A DNA stretch of 64,000 nt from Glaucostegus cemiculus (Eukaryota), in the NCBI GenBank assembly GCA_976551045.1, contig CDPCPM010000049.1:682001-746000 (forward strand). Reading direction: 5' to 3'. Under the pieces are notes generated by a model that made no database searches, was not told the DNA's origin, and saw only the letters and a list, made by a program, of their open reading frames with translations. This document shows, in pieces, positions 37,755-50,300 of this stretch; position 1 is the first letter of the stretch, and each line of letters opens with the position of its first letter. Position numbers and translations under genes: made by a program.

Positions 37755-38115
37755 ACAGCGGGAGGAGGGGGAGTGGGGCAAATTGAGGAAACAAGGCAGA
37801 ATATCAGAGGCTGCATTAACCTTACCTCATGGTCACAAGTAGTTTCTGTCTCGATTTACGTATGGGCTTTGCAGGTTAGATCCTTGTTATTCTCTGACAA
37901 CCTATCGCCTTAATTTTCCTTGTTTAACCTTAGCCAATGGCAACCTGTCCTTGTTCTCTGAGGTTCTGAGCTCCGCCCTCTGTATGAGCTGTGCTGACTG
38001 GCGCTGGACGAGTTTCAGCTCAAACAGATCATACCTTCCTTGGGACAAGGAGCGGCGTTTGTCGTGAAATCAAATCAAACCGGTTTGGCAACTTAATCCC
38101 ACATCAACTGTCATG
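37755..38115 (-). promoter_or_regulatory. Predicted NLR-A promoter and non-coding exon 1 (donor at 37825-37824)
   Basis: GC box at 37973-37978, CCAAT near 37934, strong donor GAG|GTAAGG; inverted homolog of 41775-42140. Confidence 0.65.
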
Positions 38116-38276
38116 GTTACTAACTTTGCTGATTACTTCTAACTACAAGGGGCGTTAGCAATGCTGAAACACAAATAATTTTATTTGTAGTGCTAAACTT
38201 CCATAGCCGTTCTCCCCAATGTTTACTTGAGCGTTTTTCGTTTACGAAGAAACTTTGGCGTTGAAACTTTGGCATT

Positions 38277-38528
38277 GGGCGACACGATAGCGCAGCGGTT
38301 AGCGCGACGCTGTTACAGCGCCAGCGATCGGGGTTTCATTCCCGTCGCTGACTGTAAGGAGTTTGTACATTCTCCCGTTTCTGCGTGGGTTTCCTCCGGG
38401 TGCTCCGGTTTCCTCCCACATTCTAAAAAAAAGACTACGGGTAGGTTAATTTGGGTGTTTAACATGGGCAGCGCGGACTCGTTGGGCCGAAAGAGCCTAT
38501 TACCACGCTGTAAATAAAATAAAATAAG
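38277..38528 (+). mobile_element. tRNA-derived V-SINE (HE1-like)
   Basis: tRNA-like head (tagcgcagcggttagcgc, B-box-like ggtttcattcc), V-domain gggtttcctccgggtgctccggtttcctcccac, CR1-like 3' end gggccgaaagagcct, (AAAAT)n tail. Confidence 0.85.
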
Positions 38529-38669
38529 AATCCTCATGAGGGCTAGCGATCGCTTTCATATTCCCCTTACTCCTCCAACAAGTGTCCATGTGAAACATTT
38601 CTGGAATTTGTTCCCCTCGAAAGGAAGATCTCCTGCTCCTTCTGGAAATATTCGACGAATAAAGCTAAG

Positions 38670-38741
38670 TATTTTTTTTCTCTGAAACACTTTCAGAGAA
38701 AGTGAAAGTGTTCTCAGGAAAAGTGTTTCGGAGGGAAAATA
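38670..38741. promoter_or_regulatory. Palindromic GAS + IRF-E/ISRE composite element
   Basis: TTCTCTGAA (38678-38686), TTCAGAGAA (38692-38700), GAAAGTGAAAGT (38698-38709) and TTCTCAGGAA (38711-38720) inside an imperfect inverted repeat. Confidence 0.55.
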
Positions 38742-38791
38742 TAATCCCTGTATGTGCACAGCCCATTGACATAAACTGATATTGTCAGGCG

Positions 38792-38851
38792 AAGCAGCAA
38801 CTCCTTATTGTACGCAGCAAAAACTTATTATAAGCAGCAAAACCTTATTAG
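38792..38851. repeat. 3 x 20-bp tandem repeat (gcagcaa...cttatt)
   Basis: Units at 38792, 38812 and 38832. Confidence 0.75.
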
Positions 38852-39479
38852 AACGATTTTAACTTGGCCGGAATGTACTTTGGAGACGGGATGGCGTTCA
38901 TTCCGGTCTCTGGGCACCTGATGCTGGTTTCACGGTGCTCCGCATAATGATAATGTAAACAACTGAGTCACTGTCCCAGTTTTCTTCTTTTAACCCATGT
39001 GACGACGTAGTAATTTTGCGGCGTGTTGCTGAGCACAATGAGAAGCATATGGAGTGAGCTGAGGGTCGTTTATCGTCCCAGCTGCTGATCTGCAGACCAC
39101 AGTGTGTATCGAAGATGCCGACCCGTCAGGTTGGAATAACTACCAGTTGCTCCTTTTCCCAATTTATTTGTCAAAGTTATTTTTCATGTGTGCCTGTGGA
39201 TGGCGAGCAGGGTCAAGCAAGCCCGTGTGTAAAGTACCTTGCATCCAGTCACATTCGGGGACCACACGGAGCTATAGAGCAAAATATTATTTCCTTACTT
39301 TTTGAGGCAGAATATATGTACTTTTCTTTGTACTTCATGATATAACGCAGCGAATTCTCGGTTCCGCAGTTGATCTACAGGTCACAGTGCGCAGGTCCCA
39401 AGCTTTCTTCTGCACCATCCTTTATAAAGAAGATTCAGTTCTGGAGGACGAATAAGACTAGGACATAATGAATGATAGG

Positions 39480-39810
39480 GCCCCGGGAAACGTTTTGGAA
39501 CAAAGATACCTTGAGGTCCATGGATCCCTAAATGTGGTAGCACAGGTAGTTGAGGTTGACAGCATCGGGGATATTTGCCGTCATTTACCTCGCCGTGGAA
39601 GATAAGGGCAGGCAGGTTATGGCGCAACTTTATAAAACATTGTGTAGGTTACATCTGGAGCACTGTGTACAGTTGATAACACTGCAGAGGAGATTGACCA
39701 GGAAGTTGCGCGAGTTGGAAAATTTTCTGTTGTGAGGATAGACTGTAAACACTGAATTTGCTTTCCTTGGAGCGGATAAGACCGAGGACGGAACCTCATA
39801 AAGAGTGCAA
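39480..39810 (+). mobile_element. Degenerate CR1 fragment
   Basis: ORF 39550..39735 (QLYKTLCRLHLEHCVQ). Confidence 0.7.
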
Positions 39811-40439
39811 TAGCATGGAACCTTTCAAACATAACAAATAGCGGGAGCTGGTTTAAGTCAGTAGTCGGACAGAGAGCATCTCCTCCAGCACTACAAAGTG
39901 GAGTGTAAAGGGCTCTCACGTGTAAAAAGCTTTGTTTTGCATGCCAGGCGGATAGATCATTCCAAACATAAGTACATCGAAGAATGGCAATTGTTTCATA
40001 CCAGCGACAACAGAAACACAGAGATCCATGTATAAATGTTAGAATCTGTTTGTTAATACCTCCTTGTAATAAGTGAAATAAAAACGTTAGATATTAAACA
40101 TTAACCCCAAAACTAAATTCGAATTGAGTGTGTGTGGCAAATTCCCAAACGCCAAGTCTTGGAATATTTCTCAAGGTTCAGTTCAGCAAGTCATCAGGTA
40201 GAACGAAGAGCAAAGACTTTTGCAAAATCACAGTAGACAGGAGAGAAGATGTACAGAGAATGTAGAGAGAATTTATGAAATCCACATGTTCCACGATGGA
40301 AGCCAGACTACACCTCAATAACCAATGATCTCCATTGCTTTGTTCCGAAGTATCTGCCGCACCGAGGGCACTCGATAGGTGGCCGCCCACAGATAACACC
40401 ACTCACACACCTCTGCACTACTGTCCAGGTGCCTTAAAG

Positions 40440-40800
40440 GGACATTCAGCAAGTAGCAAACTGGCTCGTAACACAATAACAAGATATAGAAAATTGTCTT
40501 ACAGAGAAAGTACAGAGCAGATTGACAAATTAGGTACAAGGACCATTACGAGGTAGATCGAGAGATCAAGCGTTCCTCTTTGTCGTAGAAAATAGACGTT
40601 CAAGAGTCTGATTCAGCGGGCGTGAAACTTTCCTTGGTCATGATGTACGTGTTTTCAACCTTTGTATCTTCTGCTAGATCGAAGGGGGGAGAACAGAGAG
40701 TGACCGGGTGGGAGAGCTCTCTGATTATGTTAAATAATTTCCCGAGGCAGCGGGGAGTGTAGACAGTGTCAATGGAAGGGAGGTTTTTTTTCTGTGATGT
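40440..40800 (-). mobile_element. Rex1-type LINE 3' fragment
   Basis: Similar to 19000-19240 (aggtagatcg; tgtatcttct; gggtggga...gattatg; ctgtgatg). Confidence 0.6.
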
Positions 40801-41774
40801 TCTGGCACCGGCACCTACAGCTCCAAGGCATAGAAGGCTGCAGTTAAATCGCAGGTCAAAGGCATTACTACGGACAGGTAGTCCGTCGGTATTGACAGGC
40901 TGGGCGGAAGAGGCTTTTCTCTGCGGTTTGACTCTCTGACAAAGAATAATAAACCGCAGTAAAGCGAAGGTGATGACGACGAAGAACCGGAGAGGATGGA
41001 CCAGTGGAGGAAGGGTGGGTACCTGTACTGCAAAATGAGCGCTTTGCGCCTGCCTTCACTCCAGGAGAGGCACCATAAATAACAAAGGTGCAACTTGTTA
41101 ACTCCATAGAAAAAGGACAGGGCAGACTTCTTCTGCCAACTTTTGGACTTCCTCATGAAAGTTAATTGACTATTTTCAGGTATGTCCTCAGATAACAGGA
41201 TGCAGCGAATCCGTGTATGGGCTCAGACCGTGACTTAATGCTCTCCATCTCACACAGGGGATCCTTGGTCTTCACCCCTTACCCAGAAGGAAGGAACATG
41301 TGAACTGGGAATGTTCTACATCTCGGCCCTTCGGCTCAAAGGAACGGGGCTTCTCTCAGCAAGCGTGTGTTCCTGCTTGTAGCACGCCGCTGTCTTACTG
41401 TTTGTCCTCAATAACAATTTGTTTTAACTGCTGGAAAAAGCATTCCAGCAGGTAAGTAGTTAACCGTGTCACTGTCCCGAGCAGTCTGAGATTAAGCATC
41501 TGGTTCCCCGAGATCGGACTGAACCTCATCCAATGGAAGGTGCAGATTCCTGGCGGGGATAGTAACCTTTCTCCGATTAGGTATATTGAGAAATTACTGT
41601 TTAATTTAAGAATGTTAACGTGTCTCACACGGGTTCGATACACTGTTTACGTGATTTTCATTGCAAACTCCTTGTAAACGGATGGAATATGTACAATTTT
41701 TTGCACATTTACTGTATGTACTAAACATCTTGCGACTGGAATTGTTGGATAAAGTGTTTTCGCCAAAAGTGTTC

Positions 41775-42140
41775 ACACTTGAAGTGGGAGTAAGTTGTCG
41801 AAAGGCTTTAGTTTGATTTCCCTGTCCCGGGACAGGTGAGGAATGTTTGAGCGGAAACGCATCCTGTGTCGGGTAGCACTGTCCACACACAGGGCGGAGC
41901 TCAGAACTTCCTAAAACAAGGAGCAGATCAAATTCACAGCTTGGGTCTCACTCAGTGAAACAAAGGACATTCGCCCCGTTGGTTGGGGTGGAATGATAAG
42001 GAAAGAACCTGCGAGATCTGCACGGAAATCCGGACAGAAACTACTTGCCACCGTGAGGTAAGGTTAATGCAGCCTCTGATATTCCTGTGTGTGTTTCCTT
42101 AAATTAAATTGACCCCCTCCCCCTCTCCCTCCTCTCCCTG
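41775..42140 (+). promoter_or_regulatory. Predicted NLR-B promoter and non-coding exon 1 (donor at 42058-42059)
   Basis: GC box at 41892-41897, adjacent ETS-like ACTTCCT, strong donor GAG|GTAAGG, CpG-rich sequence downstream; homologous to the NLR-A promoter. Confidence 0.65.
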
Positions 42141-44287
42141 TCCGAGTTACGCCGGGCCCGGAGATTCGGCCGACTGTGAGGGTGGGTGGATCGGGGACTG
42201 TGGCAGTCCGCCTTTACCCCGGGCCGGGTACTTCAGTGCTCAGCCCACTCCGTTTCTTCCAGAGGCACATTGTCCGCTAGTTGTCGAACATAATGTACGA
42301 CCTGGAGCTCAAAAGGATTCAACGCATTCTGGTTCAGAAAAAAAACGTTCGGCAAACTAGAATGAGACTCCTCAGATGACTGCGTTTGTGACCTGGTTGC
42401 TGCCGATGTTCCGGGACCTTTTACACTGGTAGTGAGCACTGGGATATTTTCACATCTAGTCCAGCAAACGGGAGACCAGCAGCTCATGCGGAACTCTCCG
42501 TGCATGGTGGGCTCGCTGGTACAGGTCGATTATCGCTCTCCCGGGAATTCCGACTGTATTTATCAAGGACTGCACTGAGTGTCGTCCGGCTACAACCGGC
42601 AAAGGTTAAGTTTGTCTCTGAACAACTTTGATCAGTTATCGTTTGCAGTGACAGCCAACTTTGTTTGGCATCGGAAGTGAGTTTAGTGGGAGAAGAGAGC
42701 CCTGACACTTCCAAATTAATGAAGCGATTTTCGTTGAACTAGATTATGAAGACGCGTCCCTCCCATCAACCAGAGAAACCTCCAGGCTGATTGATATTGA
42801 GTCCTTTCTGAAAGCAACACACACACCGGTATGGCCACCTGAAACGTCGGAAACGTCCCACGGAGGAGGGTGTGTATATTTAGAAAAGTAACGATCAGAT
42901 CAACAGTAAAGGGAAGACTGCAGGGTTTTAGACCAAGGAATATATCAATTGGAAATACCGCCGATTAGTTTTCTGAGATGAATTGTGAGAATTAATGAAA
43001 GAACTACAGATGTGGCTATCTGAAGTAAAATACTGTCGGAAACTCTCAGCAATTAATGCAGCATCTGTACACGTAACGTTTCAGCTCCGGGACCCTGGGT
43101 CAGAATATTTTATTAACATGTCAGTTTGGGTTTTATTGCATTTTCCTGTGGTAGAAAGGGTTAAGGATAATTTTAAAGCAACTGTGCTCACAGTTGAACA
43201 GGCAGTTAGTTGTTCAAACGTTTGGATTTGATTTCAGGAGAGAGGCCACTCCCTGTTCTAAGGAATGTGTTTGTTGGAATCCGTCCTGTGGACAGGCCGC
43301 TGCTTGCACACAGACGCGGAGTCTCACAGAACAATGTCCTTAAAAATAAATCAAACATCCTTCTTTTAACTGCCTGCAGTGAGGTTACCAGGAAACTACG
43401 AGGAAATATATCCGCACCGAGACAAAACATTCTCGCGGAACTAAGGTGTGAATAATGGGCGTCAGATATTTATGTCTGATATTTACTTAATCAAGTGGCT
43501 GGGCTTTTTGATCAGTGAACCAGGAGTCATTGGTTCTGTTTTAAGCCTCTTCTGGCGCTGGTGATGTTTAAGTTCCTGCTGTCTCCTGATGCTACTCTTG
43601 GGATTTTCCACAATTCGTGCTAAAACAAGGAATGTGTCCAGGGAAGACTGGTGGCGTGTGGATGTGAGACAGTGCACAGAATGCGATCTATGCATGAACG
43701 TGGGAAACCTGGAAATATTTCTGTGAATCAGGATCCAAATTAAGTTACATATCCCATCGGTTAATAATATCGTAACCAAAGGAGTTGCAAGTATCTCCTG
43801 GTTTTCCCAGTTAAGACAACATTCAGCGAAATGTCAGCGAATTTTGTATTTTCTCTTTGTAACTGCCGGTTCCAATCTTAAACCAGCAACCTTTAACATT
43901 CTGAGAAACGGAAAGACGGATATGTGGAAGTACTGCATATCTGTCATCACAAAATAACTCCCAGTAATAGGAGAGAACCAAAGGAATAAGCAAAAACGGA
44001 GAATTAAAGAAATTATTTATCAGTGAAGAAGTCGGTAAGCCTGAGAGCTGATGGATCCCAAGGACCCAATGATCAACAGCCCACATTTTTGAAGAGGTCA
44101 TGAACTCTCATCCCAGGAGAGTCTGGGAAAGAAGTATAATTCTGGGATTGGGCATAGTATGAGTCTGGGTGGATGAGCCCTTGGTGACCAGCCTGTGTAC
44201 GATTCCGTGTTTGTGAATTAGGCAGTGATTTCCTATTCACTTTAACTATTGATTGATCCACGTTATTTTTGTTTTGGTTTATTACAG

Positions 44288-44374
44288 AGGACCAGAATTT
44301 GACAACAGTTGTCACGAACATGGCTGAAGGTGCACACAAGGGAGGAGATCCAGCGATCTCACCAACAGAAAAGG
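44288..44374 (+). CDS. NLR-B start-codon exon (MAEGAHKGGDPAISPTEK)
   Basis: Acceptor ttacAG, aacATGGCT at 44320, phase-1 donor GTTCGT joining in frame to 48493. Confidence 0.72.
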
Positions 44375-47300
44375 GTTCGTGTGTGTTACAGAATTCCTTC
44401 AAATTATAAACATTGTCTTGACTGTGGGTCTGAGATTAACGTAGGAACCACAGTTCACAAAAAGAGGGAATGACACAGGGGAGTGGGGAAGAGATTGTTA
44501 ACATCTACGGCAGTAGCAAAGAGGTACACGGACTGAGTGGTAGATTCCCCTTAAATGGGATTCCGGTGAATGATTCCAGTTAAAGCAGTGAATGACTCCA
44601 GAGTTTTCATGAGGAACAGAGGGACCCAGCAAGCAGCAGGTCTCCCAAAGCAGAACGGTGATGGAGACAGTAACGGGACAGTGATAAATATGGTGTTTCT
44701 ATTGTCACACAAATAAGCAGTCTTTTCCAGAGAGCAGGTTGCAAAAGGAGATACTGCCTCACCAGATTCAGCGGAAAGAGGAGACTTCAGCAGGTGGAAC
44801 CATGTCTGGGAAGGGAAATAGGGTGGAAATTAGTTGTGGTTGGAAGCAGTAACAGGTGTGAAGGGCGGTATGTCCGCCTCCTTGGCCGGCCCTTCGATCT
44901 GCAACAAACATCACTCCATGCATATTTGGTATGTTGAAAGCAGGAGAGATGTGATGCTGTGTCCAAAGGGCGGAGCTTGACACTGCATCTGACTTGCAGC
45001 GAGATGGTCTTATGATGCTTCGATGGAGAATTTGGTAAATAGCAAGTAACACTCTTGTCAGTGACGGTCAGAACTTACGAACGTTTTTTTTCTAATGAGG
45101 AAAATGTTTCTGGAGCTGCATTCATACAACATCCATCTGTAATAAAACAGGCAAGGTCGGGAACACTCAGCTAATCAAACAGCATCTGTGGAAAGAGAGC
45201 CGCACAAGGGCCCCCGAAATACCTTATTTCTTCCCGAACTGTGCCTTCCCATTTGCCAGAGCGAGCACAGCCCTTGACTGCATCTCATCCGTTTCCCACA
45301 CATCTACCCACAACCTGTGTCCTGGACAAAGCAAGAGTAAACCTCGTTCTCATCTCCCACTCCACCCACCTCCACCTTAATGGGTCACCCTTCACAGTCT
45401 CTGCCAACTCAAGCATGATTTCACCACCAGACGGGCAATCACCATTCCCTTTCTTTGCAGCATTTCAAAGGAATCTTTGACTCCCTAGTGTGGTCTTCTG
45501 TCCCTGTGTGTGGCAAAGCCCAACATTAGCAAAGGAGAGACAACATTTGACTTTTCACCTCTTCTTACCAACCAGAGAGGCAAACTGTCTTTGCAAGTGA
45601 AACAGCGATTCATTTGCACATTTTTATCCAGTGTTCTGCATTTGGTTTTCACTGAGGTGATCTCCATTTTGGCGAATCCAGTGCAGAATAGGTAATCACA
45701 TTGCAGAGCCTTTGAATTCTGTTCACAGGGGCAACTGAGCTTCCAGCTGGCTGTCAGTTTAATTCACCGGCCCCCTCCCCCTCTGCCCCAACTCTCTGTG
45801 GTCTCCAACACTTTCCAGTGAGGACCAACACTGGCTGAGAAACAACATCCCCTCACCCACATGGTCACAGACAGCCTTCTGGACTCAGTGGAGAATTCCA
45901 ATAAATTTAAGCAGTTCCTGCTTTCTGTCTGTATCAAAACTTGCACTTCTGCCTGTTCCTCCTCAATGATTTTGTCTCAGCTTTGCCAGTACATCCTGCC
46001 CTACCGAGCATGTCCTACTGCTGTGAGCAAAAGATAACACAGACAAAGCGGTATAACCCAGCTTTAACTGCTATATTCAGACATTGTGTTTGTTTTGTTC
46101 TACCCATCCCTCCTCCACCTTCTCTGCCTCTGAAAACAAATTTGTTCTTCTCTTTCTCCCGCTGGAAAAGATCGGTTTCCTTGTCTACAGAGGTCAGCTG
46201 CCCTGAGCATTTTCTGTTTTAATTTCAGTTTTCCAGTATGAACATTTGAAAAAATGTTCCCAATCCAAGTGGAAGTTGACCAGCAATGGGACTAACAATA
46301 GCACAGTTCTGTTCGTGGGAAAATAGTCTCTGGAGTTATCTGTCTGAATGGCGCACAAACGAAAACTTTTTACTGTATCTCGGTATATGTGACAAGAATA
46401 AACCAACTGCCAATTACTGGCAAATCCGGCATTTATCACCCATTCACTGTGGGTCATTGGATACAGTGACATTTGGGTCCTTTCACAGGGCAATCAGGAG
46501 TCACACCGAAGTCAGACTATGAGGACGGGAGACTTCCTTCCGTTCAGGCGAGCCGGGTGTGCACTACACCAGTGGTGTCTCTTCGTGCTCACTTTCACTG
46601 TTTTTTAGATTTTAACTCATTTAATTACATTAACAGATTCCCTGCTGTATTGGTGGAATCTCTTGGGGATGAGCAGCGACCAGCAGTTTCAGTCCATTAC
46701 AGACGAATTGTCGAATTGAGTAACCAGAAACCTAGGAAATAGGAGCAGGGGTTCGTCATTCAATGCTTTGCGACCGCTCCGCTGTTCACTCTCGTCACAG
46801 CTGATCATCCAGATTCAGTGCCATGTTCAAACGTTCTCCTCTTATCGCTTGTTTCCCGCCGAACAGAAAAGTAACATCTAGTAATCGAAATATTTAATGA
46901 TTTGGCTTCAATTGATTTCTGCGGTACAGAATTCTGTAGTTGTATCTCGTCTTCGTTCTAAATGGCTTACGCTTATCCAGATCCTTGGCCCTGGACTACC
47001 CCGCAGCAGGTCGGATCCTCCTCCTGCAGTTATTATGTCCAGTTTTACAATCGTTTTGTCGGTTTCTGTGAGCTACCCTCTCATTCTTTTCAACTCCAGT
47101 GCCCTTAAACCTAAATCACCTAATTTCATACATCGGTCCTGCCAATCAGACTGGTGCACATATTATGAACATCCTTGATAGCAAGATCATCCTTTCTCGG
47201 GTAAGGAGACCGAAAATGCTCACAAAACTAGAACTGCAGTCTCAGCAGGACCCTGTATAATTGCAGCAAGATATTTCTGTACCTGTACTGGAATTTTCTG

Positions 47301-50300
47301 CGTACGAAGGCCAGCATGATTTACTTCCTTCTGCTCCTGCATGTTTACCTTTAGGAACCGGTGAACAGACGCTTCCAGACTCGCTGCACCTCCCTTTTCC
47401 CGATCTGTCACCATTCTGATAAGCTGCCTTTCTGATATTGCCACCGAAGTGGATTTACTCTTTTTTTTTTATGTACGCTGTTTCTGGCAAGTGCTGATTC
47501 ACTTCCTCAACCAGTCCAAATGAACCCATGGCTTCTTTGCATTCTTTTCAAGGCTCACTGTCCCAAACTTCCTTGGTTCTTTGACAAAGTTGGCAATGTT
47601 ACATCTAATCCCCTCATACAAACCATTAATATGTGCTATGAACAGCTGGATCCTGGCACTAGTTCATGTGCTACCCCACTAGTCACTGCCTTCCACTTGG
47701 AAAAAGGATCGTTGATTGCCATTCTCTTTCCTGTCGACCAATCACTTTTGTATCCATATCAGCATTTTAGTCTCAATTCCAATTGCTTTAATTTTCATGT
47801 GAGGGTCTAACCTGGGGCCTTACTGAAAGCTTCATGCAAGTCGATCCCCTAGTCCAGGGTCTTCGATTCTGCAAGGTACATCCTCAAAATACCCCAGTTG
47901 GTTCATCTGGCATGACTCCCCCTTCACAAATCATTGCTGAATTCTTCCTATGCTTTCTCTTTTTCTCCTCTTACGTCTTCTACATTGGTTCAGGATTACC
48001 CTCATCATTTTTGTAGGAGGAACCACTCTAAAATTCCTTATTTTCTCTCCACCTTTCTGTTAGTTTTGTGTTAGCTAGCATCCAATCCACTGAAACTATT
48101 TCCGAGTCTAAAGAATGTTAGAAAGCGACTGTCAGTGCCTCCACTATTTCTAGAGGTACTGCTGTCTGAGGTACTCTTCGCCAGTTGAAATGACATTGCT
48201 GAACTAGGTAATTGCACGAGCTACTGGTGAGTACACAGTGACAACAAAGTTGATCCAGGGGGCCCATAGGACGTTAACTTCAGTCCAGTCATATTGTATT
48301 CATTTGAAATACCTTTGTTAAGATCAGACAATGTGGAGCAGCGGCTACAGCAGGTGGGTTGAGTGTGTAGTGTTTCGAATTTTGTTTGGTGCTGTGGCAC
48401 ACAGCAGCTGTGTCTTTTGGTTCTAGAGAGGATGTTGTTGTTGTCCAATAGGATGAGATAATTTATTTAGCTTTCTGTATTTCTCTTCACAGATCCGAGC
48501 TCAGTATTCACCGAGCTCTTGGCAAATTGGGACGATTTCAAGCTCTTCCAGTTGACATACTTCTACCGGGACCGTCTGGAACAGGCGATAGAAGGAGGAG
48601 TGCACGGAGTCAGTCTGGCATTAACGTACGAGAGGCAGTTCAGTGGATTGGAACATCGGGTGAGTGGGGAGGAAAATGATCGCTTTTGGGTTATTCACAC
48701 ATCATGGACCGTCCGAATGTCAGAGCTCAGAATTGTCGGGCGTTAACGTGGAAACGCAGAAGAAAAATTAGGAAATCAATTTATGAAACTGAAAATATTG
48801 TGGATCTGAAGCAATAACAGAACAGAGTGAAAAAAAACCCTGCGCATTGTTCAGAGGGAGATGGAACAGTAATGTTAGTGTAGACATGGAATAAAGGAAT
48901 TTAAATGGAGATGTGACGGGAATCTACAGTTAATCTCTGGGAATATTGCAAAATGTGACAAGGGGAAATCAGTGCATCATCTGTTAGACAATAAACCCGT
49001 TGTTTTGTTGTACACCAGAGGACTGAGATCATTTATCACATCACTAATTCTGCAGCTTCCTAAAAACTCATCACTCTCCTAGAAATATCGTCCAATTTTC
49101 TAAATTCATCTCTGATCATTATTTTCTGTTTATGTTCCACACAGCACTTGGGGCAGATATTTTCCAGCTTTTAAGGATTTGGAACCAAATCGGGGGTGTG
49201 GAGTTTAGTCACAGATCTGCCAGGATCTCATTGACTGGTGGAACAGGCTTGAGGGTGAAGGTCCCTCCCTGTGTTCTGCTCCCAGAATGTACGACCGTTT
49301 TCAGGCAGGATCAGCACCCGTCCCTGTGACTGCTCACATTGTGGTAGAGGGTTCCCGTCACAGAGCGGGTCATTTACTTCTCATTCTCTGTATGAATCTG
49401 TCAGTCCACTCCTCAAATTATTCACTGTTACTCTTCACAGAAAGTCACTGATCTCGCTGATGAGGGCAAGCGGGCATACAGTTCCAAACTCCTCATGAAC
49501 CTGGTGATGGAAAAGGGCTCCGGAGCCCGGAGGGTAATGTGGGAAACATTTGTGAAAATGCGGAATGGCGTTCCAAAGTTTGACAACATACTGAAAGAAA
49601 TACAGGAACACGGTGAGATAATATCGGAGAGGAATTCAACCTTGGATTCAATCATTGCACTATTTACAACCTTATATATTTGATTTCCTCAAATTTGTTT
49701 AAATTCAAGCAGGTTTTGATCCAAGCAATCTAGCAAAAATCGCCCAAGGTTTACACGAGGTGCCCAGTGAGCTGAAAGGTAAGGGATGAAACGACTGTTC
49801 CAACAGTACCTTTTAGTGGACTGTTCCACAGCAAACCACAGGGACAAATGTTGGCACTGTAACACAACAAACGGTAGGACAAATGAAAGACATCTGTTTA
49901 ATGGAGAGGTTTCAAGGGACATTGTTATGAGGGACAAGGCAGAGAGTTGGTCAGCTTCAGGAAAGGGATCAGATCGCTCTGGGGCTTGTAGCTGCAGATC
50001 CCTCCACTCGAGTCAGAACGATTAAAGTCAGGACGGACAAGAGGGAGAATCTGGAGGAGGGAGAAACTGGACAATTGCTTCACATCCCCCCAAAAACATC
50101 AAACCCTTCCCCACCTCCATCCTAAACAATCCTCACCTTGAATCATCTTTCTCACCTTGAATCATCTCAGAGTAGAATTTCCTATGGTTGGGTGCCCACA
50201 TCACTTCTGGTCAAGGAGTAACAGTCTTATTCCCCTTATTTAGAAGAGCATAAAATTCCCCAGGTAATCTGTTCAATTCCAAGCAAGCAATGTACTCCAC

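Noticed and set aside
38277-38350. tRNA-like sequence
   Set aside because: It is the head of a V-SINE and does not form a complete cloverleaf gene.
40815-41156. 113-aa ORF between the two promoters
   Set aside because: No homology or splice support that I can recognise; cannot be supported as a gene.
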